Virus record (IMG/VR): IMGVR_UViG_3300049000_000041
Location: 1 to 46,182 of that record
Length of the DNA stretch: 46,182 bases
DNA from: a virus
Lineage: Duplodnaviria > Caudoviricetes
Reading direction: 5' to 3' (one strand)
Each line of letters starts with the position of its first letter. Within the stretch, counting starts at the first letter, position 1. Below the pieces are notes generated by a model. It worked only from the letters and a program-made list of their open reading frames with translations, had not been told where the DNA came from and ran no database searches. This document shows positions 8,374 to 17,091 of the stretch, in pieces. A program made the translations under genes and the position numbers.

Positions 8374-8430
8374 TCAACACCTCGCTGGACGTGACGCTCC
8401 CGATTACCGCTTTTTAGAGATGACCCGAAC

Positions 8431-10980
8431 ATGAAATTTGCCGACCGACTGAAATTCACCGCTGCTGGAACGAGCGCCGCAACGATCACGTTCGGCGCCG
8501 CCGTCACGGGCTTCCGCACGCTGGCCCAGGCGATTGCTGATGGCGCAAGCGACCCACTGGCGATCAAGGTCGGCGACACCGGGGTGCCGTTCTCGATCGA
8601 CGACGGCGCCGGCAATGAGGAACTCTCGCTGTTCACTGTCACCAGCGCGACGGTATTGACTCGCACATCGGTTCTTTCGAGTTCGGCAGGCGGCGCGACG
8701 GCGGCGACGTTCACCGGCACGAGTCTTTCTGTATTCAGCAGCATGCCCGCATCGTTTGCGCGCAAGCTGATCGTGGCGACAGTTGATGCCTCGGGAAACA
8801 CGATCGCGCTCACGGCTCCGAACGGCACCGCAATTTCGCTGGGCGGCGGCAGCTCCACTTCAGTAACGCCTTCGGGCGACACCACAGGTGCAGCCGACCT
8901 TGCGGCGATTCAGGCGGCGCTGACCGCGAGCGGGCGCGCAACCTTGCAGCCCGGTGCACAGTATTACCTCAACGGCCCGATTGTGATGCCGTCGCGTTCG
9001 CACATGTCAGCATATGGGGCGCGACTCAAGCTGGTGGCGGGCGTGTTCGGTAACATCATTCGCAACAAGGCTGTCCTTCCTAGCCGTAGCGTTTCGGATG
9101 CAAGCGTCATCAACCCAACTGTCAACGCCACGCTCACTTCGCTGACGGCAAATTTCGTCGCAGGGGATGTCGGCAACATGGTTGGCATCTTTGGCGCTGG
9201 CGCCGGCGGCGCAGCGTGGTACGGCCCAATCCAGGCGATTACCACGCCATCAAACGCTACGACATGGACCGCAAGCGCAGTTAAAGTCGCGGGCGTTTTG
9301 GGCCGCCCGACCACTGCGAACGGGAGTCTGTATCAGGTCACAACGGCAGGAACCACCGGCACAACGGAGCCGACCTGGTCGACCACCGCAGCCAGCACTG
9401 TGACCGATGGCACCGTCACATGGACCTGTCTCGGCGCTGCAACCGGCGCGACGCTGAACAACCCAGCGCTGCTGGCAGTAACCAACGCAGTAGCGAACGT
9501 CTATGCAACGACTGACCGCGACGACGACATCACGATTCAGGGCGGGTATTGGGAGATCACGGAAAATCTCGCTGGCGGTCACCTCACCACTTCGACTTTC
9601 CAAAACAGCTTTGCCAGCGCGTTTCGGCGCGTCAGCAACCTCCGAATCAAGGACACGACCTGGCAGACCTACGGCCCGACCAACCAGGGCGGCCGGTTCA
9701 CTATCTCGATTTCCGATTTCCTCAACGTCACGGTGGATGGAACTTACCTCGTCTCGACCGCCGGCGATGGCGTGCACTTGACTGCTCCTGGCGACACCGC
9801 ATTGATCACGAACACGCGCGGCACGGCTGGCGACGATATGGTGGTGACCAACCTGCAGGACTCGAATACCCCCTACATCATGGATACCGAGGGCAGCATG
9901 TCGAACGTGACAGTGCGCGACCTGGTCGCGAGGAACGGCGGCTCGCGCGGCTTTTGCCACTATGAGCTGGGATCGACGCCGACGCGATGGAACATGAACA
10001 ATTTGCACCTGGAGAAACTTTCCGGCGTCACGTTCAACCCTCTTGTGCTCATCCAGACTGCGATTAATGGCCTGACCATGCGCGGTATTAAGGGCGCGCC
10101 AAGTCAAGCCGGTGTGCCTTTGATTAGCTTCCTGACGGCTTCGGGTGAGGGCTCTGGCGCAACCATCGAAGATGTGACCTGGGATAGCCTGTTGGCGGCG
10201 ACGAGCGGGATCATCCGTATTGCCGATCCACGGGGACCGTACCGTATTAAAAACCTACGTTTCGGGGCAGCGTCGGCGGGCACAAACTACGGCGTTTATC
10301 TGAATGGGGCGCTGAACGGCAGCAACTTCGGCGTGCCGATTCTCACGCTGGATGGGTTTTATACCGGGAATTCGCCAAGCGCTGTGTACTTTCCTTCGCC
10401 AGCAGATGCGACGGCTGTCTACATTGGCTTTACGACCGCGTCGACAGGCGGGAGCATGATCAACATCAGGGATTGCCTGAATGCCAGCAATACGGGATAC
10501 GTTGTTCAGAAGCTCAACCCTGGTCAGATCAACCGTATCAATATTTCTGACAGCCAGGTAGGTGGGACGGCTTTGGCGCAATTCCCGGCCGGTGATACTG
10601 CAATTACCCTTGGCCTGAGTAACGTAAAAACTTTCGTGCCTATCGTTAAAACTAGCTCACCGGTAACCGTCGAGCTGCAGAATGTCGATATAAGTTGCTC
10701 TACGGCTCTGGTTCAATTGACCGGAACTGGAGCGACGCCGGCCGATATCCGCATGTCGAACAGCCGACAAACCAGCTCTGGCGCCTTGGTTAGCCGCGAT
10801 GGCACGCAAGCGATTCGTGTCCGAGGTACTGACGTTGGTGTCGATCAAACGCTGCTGACCCCTTCGGATGGGGACACGATCTACAACAGCAACGCAACGC
10901 CAGCAAACGGCACCGGCGTGGCGATGTACAACACCGCTGCCGTCAAGTGGAAGAATATGTACAGCGGCGTGACGAACTAG
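8431..10980 (+). CDS. Tailspike/fibre-like protein with right-handed beta-helix (putative polysaccharide depolymerase)
   Basis: N-terminal FADRLK..GFRTL virion anchor; DTTGAADLAAIQAAL..LQPG.YY pectate-lyase-3-like start; GDGVH and GDD motifs; 849 aa. Confidence 0.78.
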   Translation: MKFADRLKFTAAGTSAATITFGAAVTGFRTLAQAIADGASDPLAIKVGDTGVPFSIDDGAGNEELSLFTVTSATVLTRTSVLSSSAGGATAATFTGTSLSVFSSMPASFARKLIVATVDASGNTIALTAPNGTAISLGGGSSTSVTPSGDTTGAADLAAIQAALTASGRATLQPGAQYYLNGPIVMPSRSHMSAYGARLKLVAGVFGNIIRNKAVLPSRSVSDASVINPTVNATLTSLTANFVAGDVGNMVGIFGAGAGGAAWYGPIQAITTPSNATTWTASAVKVAGVLGRPTTANGSLYQVTTAGTTGTTEPTWSTTAASTVTDGTVTWTCLGAATGATLNNPALLAVTNAVANVYATTDRDDDITIQGGYWEITENLAGGHLTTSTFQNSFASAFRRVSNLRIKDTTWQTYGPTNQGGRFTISISDFLNVTVDGTYLVSTAGDGVHLTAPGDTALITNTRGTAGDDMVVTNLQDSNTPYIMDTEGSMSNVTVRDLVARNGGSRGFCHYELGSTPTRWNMNNLHLEKLSGVTFNPLVLIQTAINGLTMRGIKGAPSQAGVPLISFLTASGEGSGATIEDVTWDSLLAATSGIIRIADPRGPYRIKNLRFGAASAGTNYGVYLNGALNGSNFGVPILTLDGFYTGNSPSAVYFPSPADATAVYIGFTTASTGGSMINIRDCLNASNTGYVVQKLNPGQINRINISDSQVGGTALAQFPAGDTAITLGLSNVKTFVPIVKTSSPVTVELQNVDISCSTALVQLTGTGATPADIRMSNSRQTSSGALVSRDGTQAIRVRGTDVGVDQTLLTPSDGDTIYNSNATPANGTGVAMYNTAAVKWKNMYSGVTN

Positions 10981-11011
10981 CAACGCAAGCCGAATTTTCC
11001 GATAAGAAAAG

Positions 11012-11040
11012 TTGACCATACGTAATCATATGTTTACTCT
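11012..11040 (+). promoter_or_regulatory. Putative sigma70 promoter of the acyltransferase moron
   Basis: TTGACC-N17-TACTCT in an AT-rich gap; GAGGA RBS before 11100. Confidence 0.45.
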
Positions 11041-11099
11041 TCGTTAAGGACAGCCGCGCCAGTGCCGCTGATCGTGACCCTGATCATCCGTGAGGATTA

Positions 11100-12137
11100 A
11101 TGAAAAACATACCTTACCTTGATGGATGGCGTGGCATAGCGATAATCATGGTATTGATCGACCATTTCGGCCCGCCGCGTTTTTGGTACACGGGCCGGTT
11201 GGGAGTAGTACTGTTTTTCGTACTGTCCGGCCTGTTCATGGGTCGCCTGCTCTTCGTAAAGCGGGTACGGCTAGCGGATTTCTTCGCCAAGAGGTTTTCA
11301 AGGGTCATCCCGACTCTGTGGGTTTACGTCGGGGTGATGCTCATTTATTCGTCACTGTTCCAATCGAGGGTTTACCACCCCGGGCTCGGCGAACTAGCCT
11401 CCGTTCTCACGTTCACGAGCACCTATTTCATGTCCATATGGGAGGCTAAATGGCCCATCGGACAATTGTGGTCGCTCAATGTTGAAGAGCATGGCTATGT
11501 GTTCCTTGCGATAGGAGCTGTAATCGTCGCCAGGTCGCGCGGCGCGATTTCTGCCTCGGTATTCCTCGGTGTCACGCTGGCCGCAGTGTGCGTCATCGTC
11601 TGCATGTACATGTCGGAGATCTTCGTTGTAAGCGGCTCTCCATGGCGCACAAGGTCCGAGGTTGCCTGCTTGGGTCTCGTAGCATCCGCAGCGATTTGCG
11701 TATGGCGTGAGCGCGGACAGATGGACTTGATGCAGAGCAGGATCCTTCCGATTGTTGCCATGGTCGTGGCCCTGTACAGCTTTATCCCGAGGGGCGCTTT
11801 TGAGTGGAACTTCTCGTTGCTGGTTGCTCCCGTGCTGCTGGCTTTCGCAGTGAACTACGCGTCTAGTTTCCCCGAGATAGTTAAACAGGCGCTGAGCATT
11901 CGACCACTACGTTGGTTTGGCACCTGTTCATTCTCAATTTATCTCTGGCAGGGGCCTTTTTATGAGGCTACGCTTTCGGGTAGATCAAAACGACTGAGCC
12001 TAGTCCTTGCTCTGTTGGCTGGTGCCGTTTCGTTCTATGGCATTGAGAGACCGGCAAGAAATTACCTGAACAGAAAGTGGGACGAGAGAAAATCGCGGGG
12101 TTCTGCCAACGTCACGGTCTCAGCTGAGCTAGCGTAG
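11100..12137 (+). CDS. Acyltransferase family 3 (OafA/Oac-like O-acetyltransferase), moron
   Basis: LDGWRGIAI, GVVLFFVLSG, R..R..P, LWSLNVEEH, SFSIYLWQ; many TM helices. Confidence 0.92.
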   Translation: MKNIPYLDGWRGIAIIMVLIDHFGPPRFWYTGRLGVVLFFVLSGLFMGRLLFVKRVRLADFFAKRFSRVIPTLWVYVGVMLIYSSLFQSRVYHPGLGELASVLTFTSTYFMSIWEAKWPIGQLWSLNVEEHGYVFLAIGAVIVARSRGAISASVFLGVTLAAVCVIVCMYMSEIFVVSGSPWRTRSEVACLGLVASAAICVWRERGQMDLMQSRILPIVAMVVALYSFIPRGAFEWNFSLLVAPVLLAFAVNYASSFPEIVKQALSIRPLRWFGTCSFSIYLWQGPFYEATLSGRSKRLSLVLALLAGAVSFYGIERPARNYLNRKWDERKSRGSANVTVSAELA

Positions 12138-12162
12138 CCAAGCTATCAACCAAAATTCACTG

Positions 12163-12185
12163 ACCCGCCTCGAGCGGGTTTTTTT
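12163..12185 (+). terminator. Intrinsic terminator
   Basis: ACCCGC-CTCGA-GCGGGT followed by a T run. Confidence 0.8.
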
Positions 12186-12202
12186 ACGCCAGAAAGGCCG
12201 CC

Positions 12203-12544
12203 ATGTTCGGATTTAATGCATTTGCGGAGCGCGGGTTTGGCGAGCAGCAGGTAAGCGCCGCGCCGCCTGCATTGGCCACGAAGGTTACGTTCTCCGTCGT
12301 CATCGATAACGCAGGAACGCCTGCGCCGGACGCAAGCGGCTTGGACTATGCCTTTTACGACCAGCCGCGCATCAGTGCTGGCCAGGCACCAGTGAAGTTC
12401 GGTTCTACCTTTGCCATTGCCGGCGGCACGGCCACGATCGACATCACCGGCGTGACTGCGCTTTATCCTGGCGGCACAGGACGCATTGAGTACGGTACTG
12501 CCGATGGCGTCAAGCTCGGCGGTGGGCAGGTAGCGGTGTCCTGA
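12203..12544 (+). CDS. Putative virion fibre-associated protein
   Basis: MFGFNAFAE..F N-terminus typical of phage fibre-module proteins; TGATG coupling. Confidence 0.55.
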   Translation: MFGFNAFAERGFGEQQVSAAPPALATKVTFSVVIDNAGTPAPDASGLDYAFYDQPRISAGQAPVKFGSTFAIAGGTATIDITGVTALYPGGTGRIEYGTADGVKLGGGQVAVS

Positions 12545-13332
12545 TGCCCACGCTTCTATATCGGAATGCGAAAAGCGGGGCCGCTGTGGTTTATGCGGCC
12601 GCGGCGCCGACTGGTGGCGTGCAGGGTACTGCAACACCTGCCGGGGTCAGCGCAACGACGTTTGCTGGGGTCGCAGCTGCTGCCGGAGCGGCTATCGCCA
12701 TGCCAACTGGCGTTCAGGCGCAAACAGCCGTCGGCAATGTCACCGTCAACACCGGGGCCGGCGCGACAGCTTTCCCTGCTGGCGTGAGCGCATCTGGCGC
12801 CGTGGGCAATGCGACGGCAGCTGGCTATGCCAACGTGCTGGCTCAGGGCCTCGCCGCATTCAGTGCCATTGGCCCGGTTGGCGCGGCCGCCGGCGTTCCT
12901 GCAATCGGATTCCCGCAGGGCGTAGCGGCTTACTGCTCCACTGGCATCCCAATAGCCTGCAACCTGGTCGTCAACGCCAACCAGTTCAGCCGCGACCGGA
13001 AGCGAGTCCGATTGCTGATCAAAGGGCTCAACTTCAGCCCGAAGCGCGCTGCGGAGACGGAAATCTTCGCGGTCGACTATGCGGCGCTACTTGCTCCTGG
13101 CGAAACCATCAGCTCACCCGTTTGGTCGATTGCGCCCGCAGTTGGGCAGGACGAAAACGCAGGCTCGATGCTTGTCGGCCGGGCGGCCTTCAGTGGCACG
13201 ATCGCTGCTCAGATCATCCGGGGCGGCGTGCCGGGCGTTGAATACGCGCCGGTTTGCACTGTACAAACAAGCTTCGGACAGACGCTGGCATTGCCCGACG
13301 TCGACGAGGGTCACCTGTACATCTCGCTATGA
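12544..13332 (+). CDS. Repeat-containing fibre protein with C-terminal adaptor-like domain
   Basis: Five ~21-23-aa (P)xGVxA...G repeats; C-terminal PK...E..FAVDY..LL.PGETI domain. Confidence 0.6.
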   Translation: MPTLLYRNAKSGAAVVYAAAAPTGGVQGTATPAGVSATTFAGVAAAAGAAIAMPTGVQAQTAVGNVTVNTGAGATAFPAGVSASGAVGNATAAGYANVLAQGLAAFSAIGPVGAAAGVPAIGFPQGVAAYCSTGIPIACNLVVNANQFSRDRKRVRLLIKGLNFSPKRAAETEIFAVDYAALLAPGETISSPVWSIAPAVGQDENAGSMLVGRAAFSGTIAAQIIRGGVPGVEYAPVCTVQTSFGQTLALPDVDEGHLYISL

Positions 13333-14006
13333 GCACCCTGGACCTGAGCGTTCGGGCCGAATACCGAAATCTTACGCGCGCACTGTCCGCTCTGGCCTAC
13401 CAGCAGGCGCCGTTCGCCATGGCCCAGGCGCTGAACAAGGTGGCCGCCCGCGTCAAGGCAGCCGAGCAGCAGAACATGCGCGACACGTTCAAGAAGCCGA
13501 CGCCATTCACGCAGAACTCGATCGGCACCACGCGCGCTACCAAGGCGACGTTGACGGCCACCGTGTTCGTGAAGGATATCGCGGCGCGCTACCTGCGCCC
13601 GTACGAGGTGGGCGGCAACCACTTCCTCAGTGGGCGCGCGCTGCTGAACCCGAAGGACATCAAGCTCAACGGCTACGGCCAGCTGCCACGTGGCACGCTG
13701 GCCAAGCTCAAGGCGCGGCCCGACATCTACATCGGCATCATCAAGACAAGGAAGGGGCCGGTGAACGGAGTGTGGCAGCGTGTCACGAACCCAGGCGCGG
13801 CCCCACCGCTCAATGCGCAGGGCAAGCGGTTGAGGGGATTGAACAAAGGACCAACCGCGAAGCTCAAGCTGCTGATCCGCTTCGGTGACGCACTGCCGGT
13901 GAACAAGCACCTGCATTACGGTACAACCGCGAAGCTGATCATCGACGTGAACCTGCAGGCAGACTTCGAGACAGCGTTGAACCAGGCCATGCGCACGGCA
14001 CGGTAG
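13329..14006 (+). CDS. Basic phage morphogenesis protein (minor tail Z/tail-completion-like)
   Basis: QAPFAMAQALNKVA..F.KPTPFT motif; very basic; lies just before cos/terS; ATGA start at 13329. Confidence 0.6.
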   Translation: MSTLDLSVRAEYRNLTRALSALAYQQAPFAMAQALNKVAARVKAAEQQNMRDTFKKPTPFTQNSIGTTRATKATLTATVFVKDIAARYLRPYEVGGNHFLSGRALLNPKDIKLNGYGQLPRGTLAKLKARPDIYIGIIKTRKGPVNGVWQRVTNPGAAPPLNAQGKRLRGLNKGPTAKLKLLIRFGDALPVNKHLHYGTTAKLIIDVNLQADFETALNQAMRTAR

Positions 14007-14033
14007 CTGGCGGCTGCCTGTGGATAAGTCGAT

Positions 14034-14103
14034 GGGTCCCTCCTGGCACTTCCTGTAGCAGGGGCATTGCGCGCCGCAGGTTCCGGCTAGCTATGAAATT
14101 TTT
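14034..14103 (+). other. Lambda-like cos site (cosQ-cosN-I2)
   Basis: GGGTCCC (lambda cosQ is GGGTCCT), a GC-rich 12-mer near 14063-14074, then CGCAGGTTCCGGCTAGCTATGAAATTTTT versus lambda CGCGGGTTTTCGCTATTTATGAAAATTTT; immediately before terS. Confidence 0.75.
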
Positions 14104-14110
14104 GAATTTG

Positions 14111-14334
14111 GGTAACGGGTAACGCATGACGATCGTTTCGCAAGCTGAATATTCGCGCCTTCGCGGCGTCAGCAAAAAGACGATTACTCAGTGGAAGCAA
14201 GAGGGAAAGTTGGTGCTGGCCGAAGGCGGCATCGATGTCGAAGCATCGGACGCTCACTTGCAAAAATATCGCAAGGCCGGGCTGAAAGGTAACGCAGTAG
14301 GTAACGCCGAAGGTAACGCGTTACCGGAGTTACC
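14111..14334. repeat. GGTAACG repeats (putative TerS-binding cosB elements)
   Basis: Copies at 14111, 14118, 14288, 14300 and 14312; inverted GTTACC at 14320 and 14329. Confidence 0.6.
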
Positions 14335-14677
14335 GGCAATAAAAAAGGGCGAGTCCACCGAGGCCGCTGTTCAGCGAATCATGCTGGCCAGCGGCGCCGA
14401 CATGACCATCGAAGAGGCGCGCCGCGTCAAAGAAAATTATTTAGCGCTGACAGCCCAGCTTGACTATGACCGCGAATCCGGTCTGGTCGTTGAAGCGTCA
14501 GTTGTTGCTGCCGAGGTCGGCGCCGAATACGCCAAGGTGCGCACGCGGCTTTTATCGATTCCCGCCGAACATGCCCCTCGGGTGCATCGGCTAAAAACAG
14601 TCACCGAAGTGCAGGACGCGCTGCAGGAGTTGATCACGGACGCGCTCGAGGAACTGACCAAAGATGGAGACAGCTAG
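14126..14677 (+). CDS. Terminase small subunit (Nu1-like)
   Basis: N-terminal wHTH (SQAEYSRLRGVSKKTITQW); C-terminal RLLSIP; overlaps terL. Confidence 0.88.
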   Translation: MTIVSQAEYSRLRGVSKKTITQWKQEGKLVLAEGGIDVEASDAHLQKYRKAGLKGNAVGNAEGNALPELPAIKKGESTEAAVQRIMLASGADMTIEEARRVKENYLALTAQLDYDRESGLVVEASVVAAEVGAEYAKVRTRLLSIPAEHAPRVHRLKTVTEVQDALQELITDALEELTKDGDS

Positions 14678-16607
14678 CCGGTACCCGAAAGGCCTGTCGA
14701 CCTTCCGTCGCGAACTCACGATCTCCCGGATGAAAAACCTGCAGCCGCCGCCGAAGTTGACGCTGAGCCAGTGGGCCGAGCGCTACGCGGTACTGTCCAA
14801 GGAAACCAGCGCCCAGACCGGCCGGTTCCGCGCCTTCCCGTATCAGAACGGGATCATGGACGCAATCACGGATCCGACGGTGCAGACCATTTCGGTGATG
14901 AAGTCGGCCCGGGTCGGCTACACCAAGATTCTCGACCACGTGGTCGGCTTCTACCTGCACCAGGATCCGTCGCCGATCCTGGTGGTGCAGCCGCGCGTCG
15001 AGGATGCAGAGGATTACAGCAAAACCGAGATCGTGCCGATGCTGCGCGATACACCGGTTCTGGCCGACCTGGCCGGCGACAGCAAAGCGAAGGACAGCAA
15101 CCAGACAATCCTGAAGAAGGTGCTGAAGAACGGATCGAGCATCACGTTCGTCGGCGCCAACAGCCCGGGCGGTTTTCGCCGGATTACCGCGCGCGTCATC
15201 CTGTTCGATGAGGTCGACGGCTATCCGGTCGGCGGCGCCGGTGCGGAGGGCGACCAGATCTCGTTGGGCGTGAAGCGCTCGGAATCATTCTGGAATCGCA
15301 AGATCGTGATCGGCAGCACGCCGACGGTCAAAGGCGAGTCGCGCATTGAAAAGTCGTTCGAGGAGGGCGACCAGCGTCGGTATCACGTGCCATGTCCGCA
15401 TTGCGGCGAGCACCAAGTGCTGGAGTGGGGCGGTCCGGACACGCCGTATGGCATGAAGTGGGACAAGGATGAAAATGGCGTCGGTATTCCGGAATCGGTC
15501 TACTACGTCTGCAAGGTCACTGGCTGCGTCATCAAGGACGAGGACAAGCCCGACATGGTGGCCGCTGGCGTCTGGATACCCAGCAAGCCGTTCAAGGGTC
15601 ACGCCAGCTTTCACATCTGGGCCGGGTACTCGCTTTTCCCGAACGCGTCATGGCGCAACCTGGTCGCCGAATGGCTGCGGGTGATGGGCGACCCGCTGCT
15701 GCGCCAGACATTCATCAACCTGGTGCTCGGCGAGGCGTACGAGGATCGCGGCGAAAAGGCTCTGACGGAATCGAAGCTGGCCGCGCGCGGCGAAGTCTGG
15801 CCGGCTGAAGTGCCGGAGGGCGTTGCGGTGCTAACCGTGGGTGTCGATACCCAGGACGATCGCTTCGAAGTCGAGGTGGCGGGCTGGGGCATGAACGAGG
15901 AATCGTGGTCGGTCGATTACGAGGTGATCGAGGGCGACATGGAGACGCCAGATCCATGGAACCGACTCGATGCCTACCTCAAGCGAATCTGGTTCAGTGC
16001 GGAAGGCCGCGGGTTCGAGGTCATGGCCACTTGCATGGACTCGGGCGGCCACCATACGCAGAAGGTCTACGATTTTGCGAAAGAGCGGCTCGGTCGGCGC
16101 GTTTGGGCCATCAAGGGTGAATCGGCAATTGGTGGGAAGCGCTCGCCGGTGTGGCCTGCGAAGAAGCCGAGCCGGCGCACGCGTGCATCGTTCCGTCCGA
16201 TTATTTTGGGCGTGAACGCTGCAAAAGACTCGATCCGCTCGCGGCTGCACATCGAGCAGGCCGGGCCCGGCTACATGCACTTTCCAGCGGACCGGGACAT
16301 TAACTATTACGCGCAGCTGACGTCGGAGCGTTCGGTGCGCAAGGTGACGGCTGGTCAGGCCTATCGGGTATGGGAACTGCCGGGTGGCCGGGCAAACGAA
16401 GCGCTCGATTGCCGGGTGTATGCCTACGGCGCGTTGTGCGGCTTGCTGCACTTTGGACTGAAGCTGAACCGGCGCGCTGACGCAATCAAGCAACCACACG
16501 TTCCAACGGAAGAGGAGGCAGCGGCTGCGGCGGAAGTCGAGGCGCCACCAGCTGCGCCGACCGTTGTGAAATTAATCAAGAAATCGCTGGCCGCACGGCT
16601 GGCATAA
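14664..16607 (+). CDS. Terminase large subunit (lambda GpA family)
   Basis: KSARVGYT Walker A, LFDEVD Walker B, GSTPT, CPHC, GVDTQ, DSGG, NEALDC. Confidence 0.97.
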   Translation: METASRYPKGLSTFRRELTISRMKNLQPPPKLTLSQWAERYAVLSKETSAQTGRFRAFPYQNGIMDAITDPTVQTISVMKSARVGYTKILDHVVGFYLHQDPSPILVVQPRVEDAEDYSKTEIVPMLRDTPVLADLAGDSKAKDSNQTILKKVLKNGSSITFVGANSPGGFRRITARVILFDEVDGYPVGGAGAEGDQISLGVKRSESFWNRKIVIGSTPTVKGESRIEKSFEEGDQRRYHVPCPHCGEHQVLEWGGPDTPYGMKWDKDENGVGIPESVYYVCKVTGCVIKDEDKPDMVAAGVWIPSKPFKGHASFHIWAGYSLFPNASWRNLVAEWLRVMGDPLLRQTFINLVLGEAYEDRGEKALTESKLAARGEVWPAEVPEGVAVLTVGVDTQDDRFEVEVAGWGMNEESWSVDYEVIEGDMETPDPWNRLDAYLKRIWFSAEGRGFEVMATCMDSGGHHTQKVYDFAKERLGRRVWAIKGESAIGGKRSPVWPAKKPSRRTRASFRPIILGVNAAKDSIRSRLHIEQAGPGYMHFPADRDINYYAQLTSERSVRKVTAGQAYRVWELPGGRANEALDCRVYAYGALCGLLHFGLKLNRRADAIKQPHVPTEEEAAAAAEVEAPPAAPTVVKLIKKSLAARLA

Positions 16608-16615
16608 GGAAAAAT

Positions 16616-16825
16616 ATGCCAGTTCTCAAGGTAGGAGCGGTCACGTTCGAGCACAGCCAGGACTTTACCGGCGAGGTCGATATCGAGCGCGGCGGGATGA
16701 CGGTCAAGGTGCCGATGGCAGCGCTGCAGACGATCGTTGGCGAGCGCGTTCGCGCCCAGATGATGGCCAATATCGAGGCGCTCAAGACGCATGAAATTCT
16801 GGCCCTGGCCGCTTCGAAGAAATAA
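16616..16825 (+). CDS. Hypothetical protein
   Basis: AAGGA RBS; tightly packed between terL and gpW. Confidence 0.6.
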   Translation: MPVLKVGAVTFEHSQDFTGEVDIERGGMTVKVPMAALQTIVGERVRAQMMANIEALKTHEILALAASKK

Positions 16826-16827
16826 CC

Positions 16828-17091
16828 ATGTCCAACTACGACCCAACCACCAGCGACCTGTCATTGATCCCGGTCGGCACGATTCAGCAGTGGCAAGTCG
16901 AGGCGATGCTTGCGCTGCACCAGCTGAGCACCGGACAAAAAGGCGAGGCGTATGCCTATACCCAGGGTGATGGTACGAAATCGGTCACCTACACCCGCGC
17001 CAACATCAGCGACTTACGCGCCTGGTTGGCAAAACTTAATGCGCAGCTGGGGCTTGGCTCCGGTCGGCGTCCAATGCGCGTGAGGTTCTAA
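16828..17091 (+). CDS. gpW-like head-tail joining protein
   Basis: ALHQLSTG..SVTYTRANI.DL..L..QLG..RRP; directly before the portal. Confidence 0.85.
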   Translation: MSNYDPTTSDLSLIPVGTIQQWQVEAMLALHQLSTGQKGEAYAYTQGDGTKSVTYTRANISDLRAWLAKLNAQLGLGSGRRPMRVRF

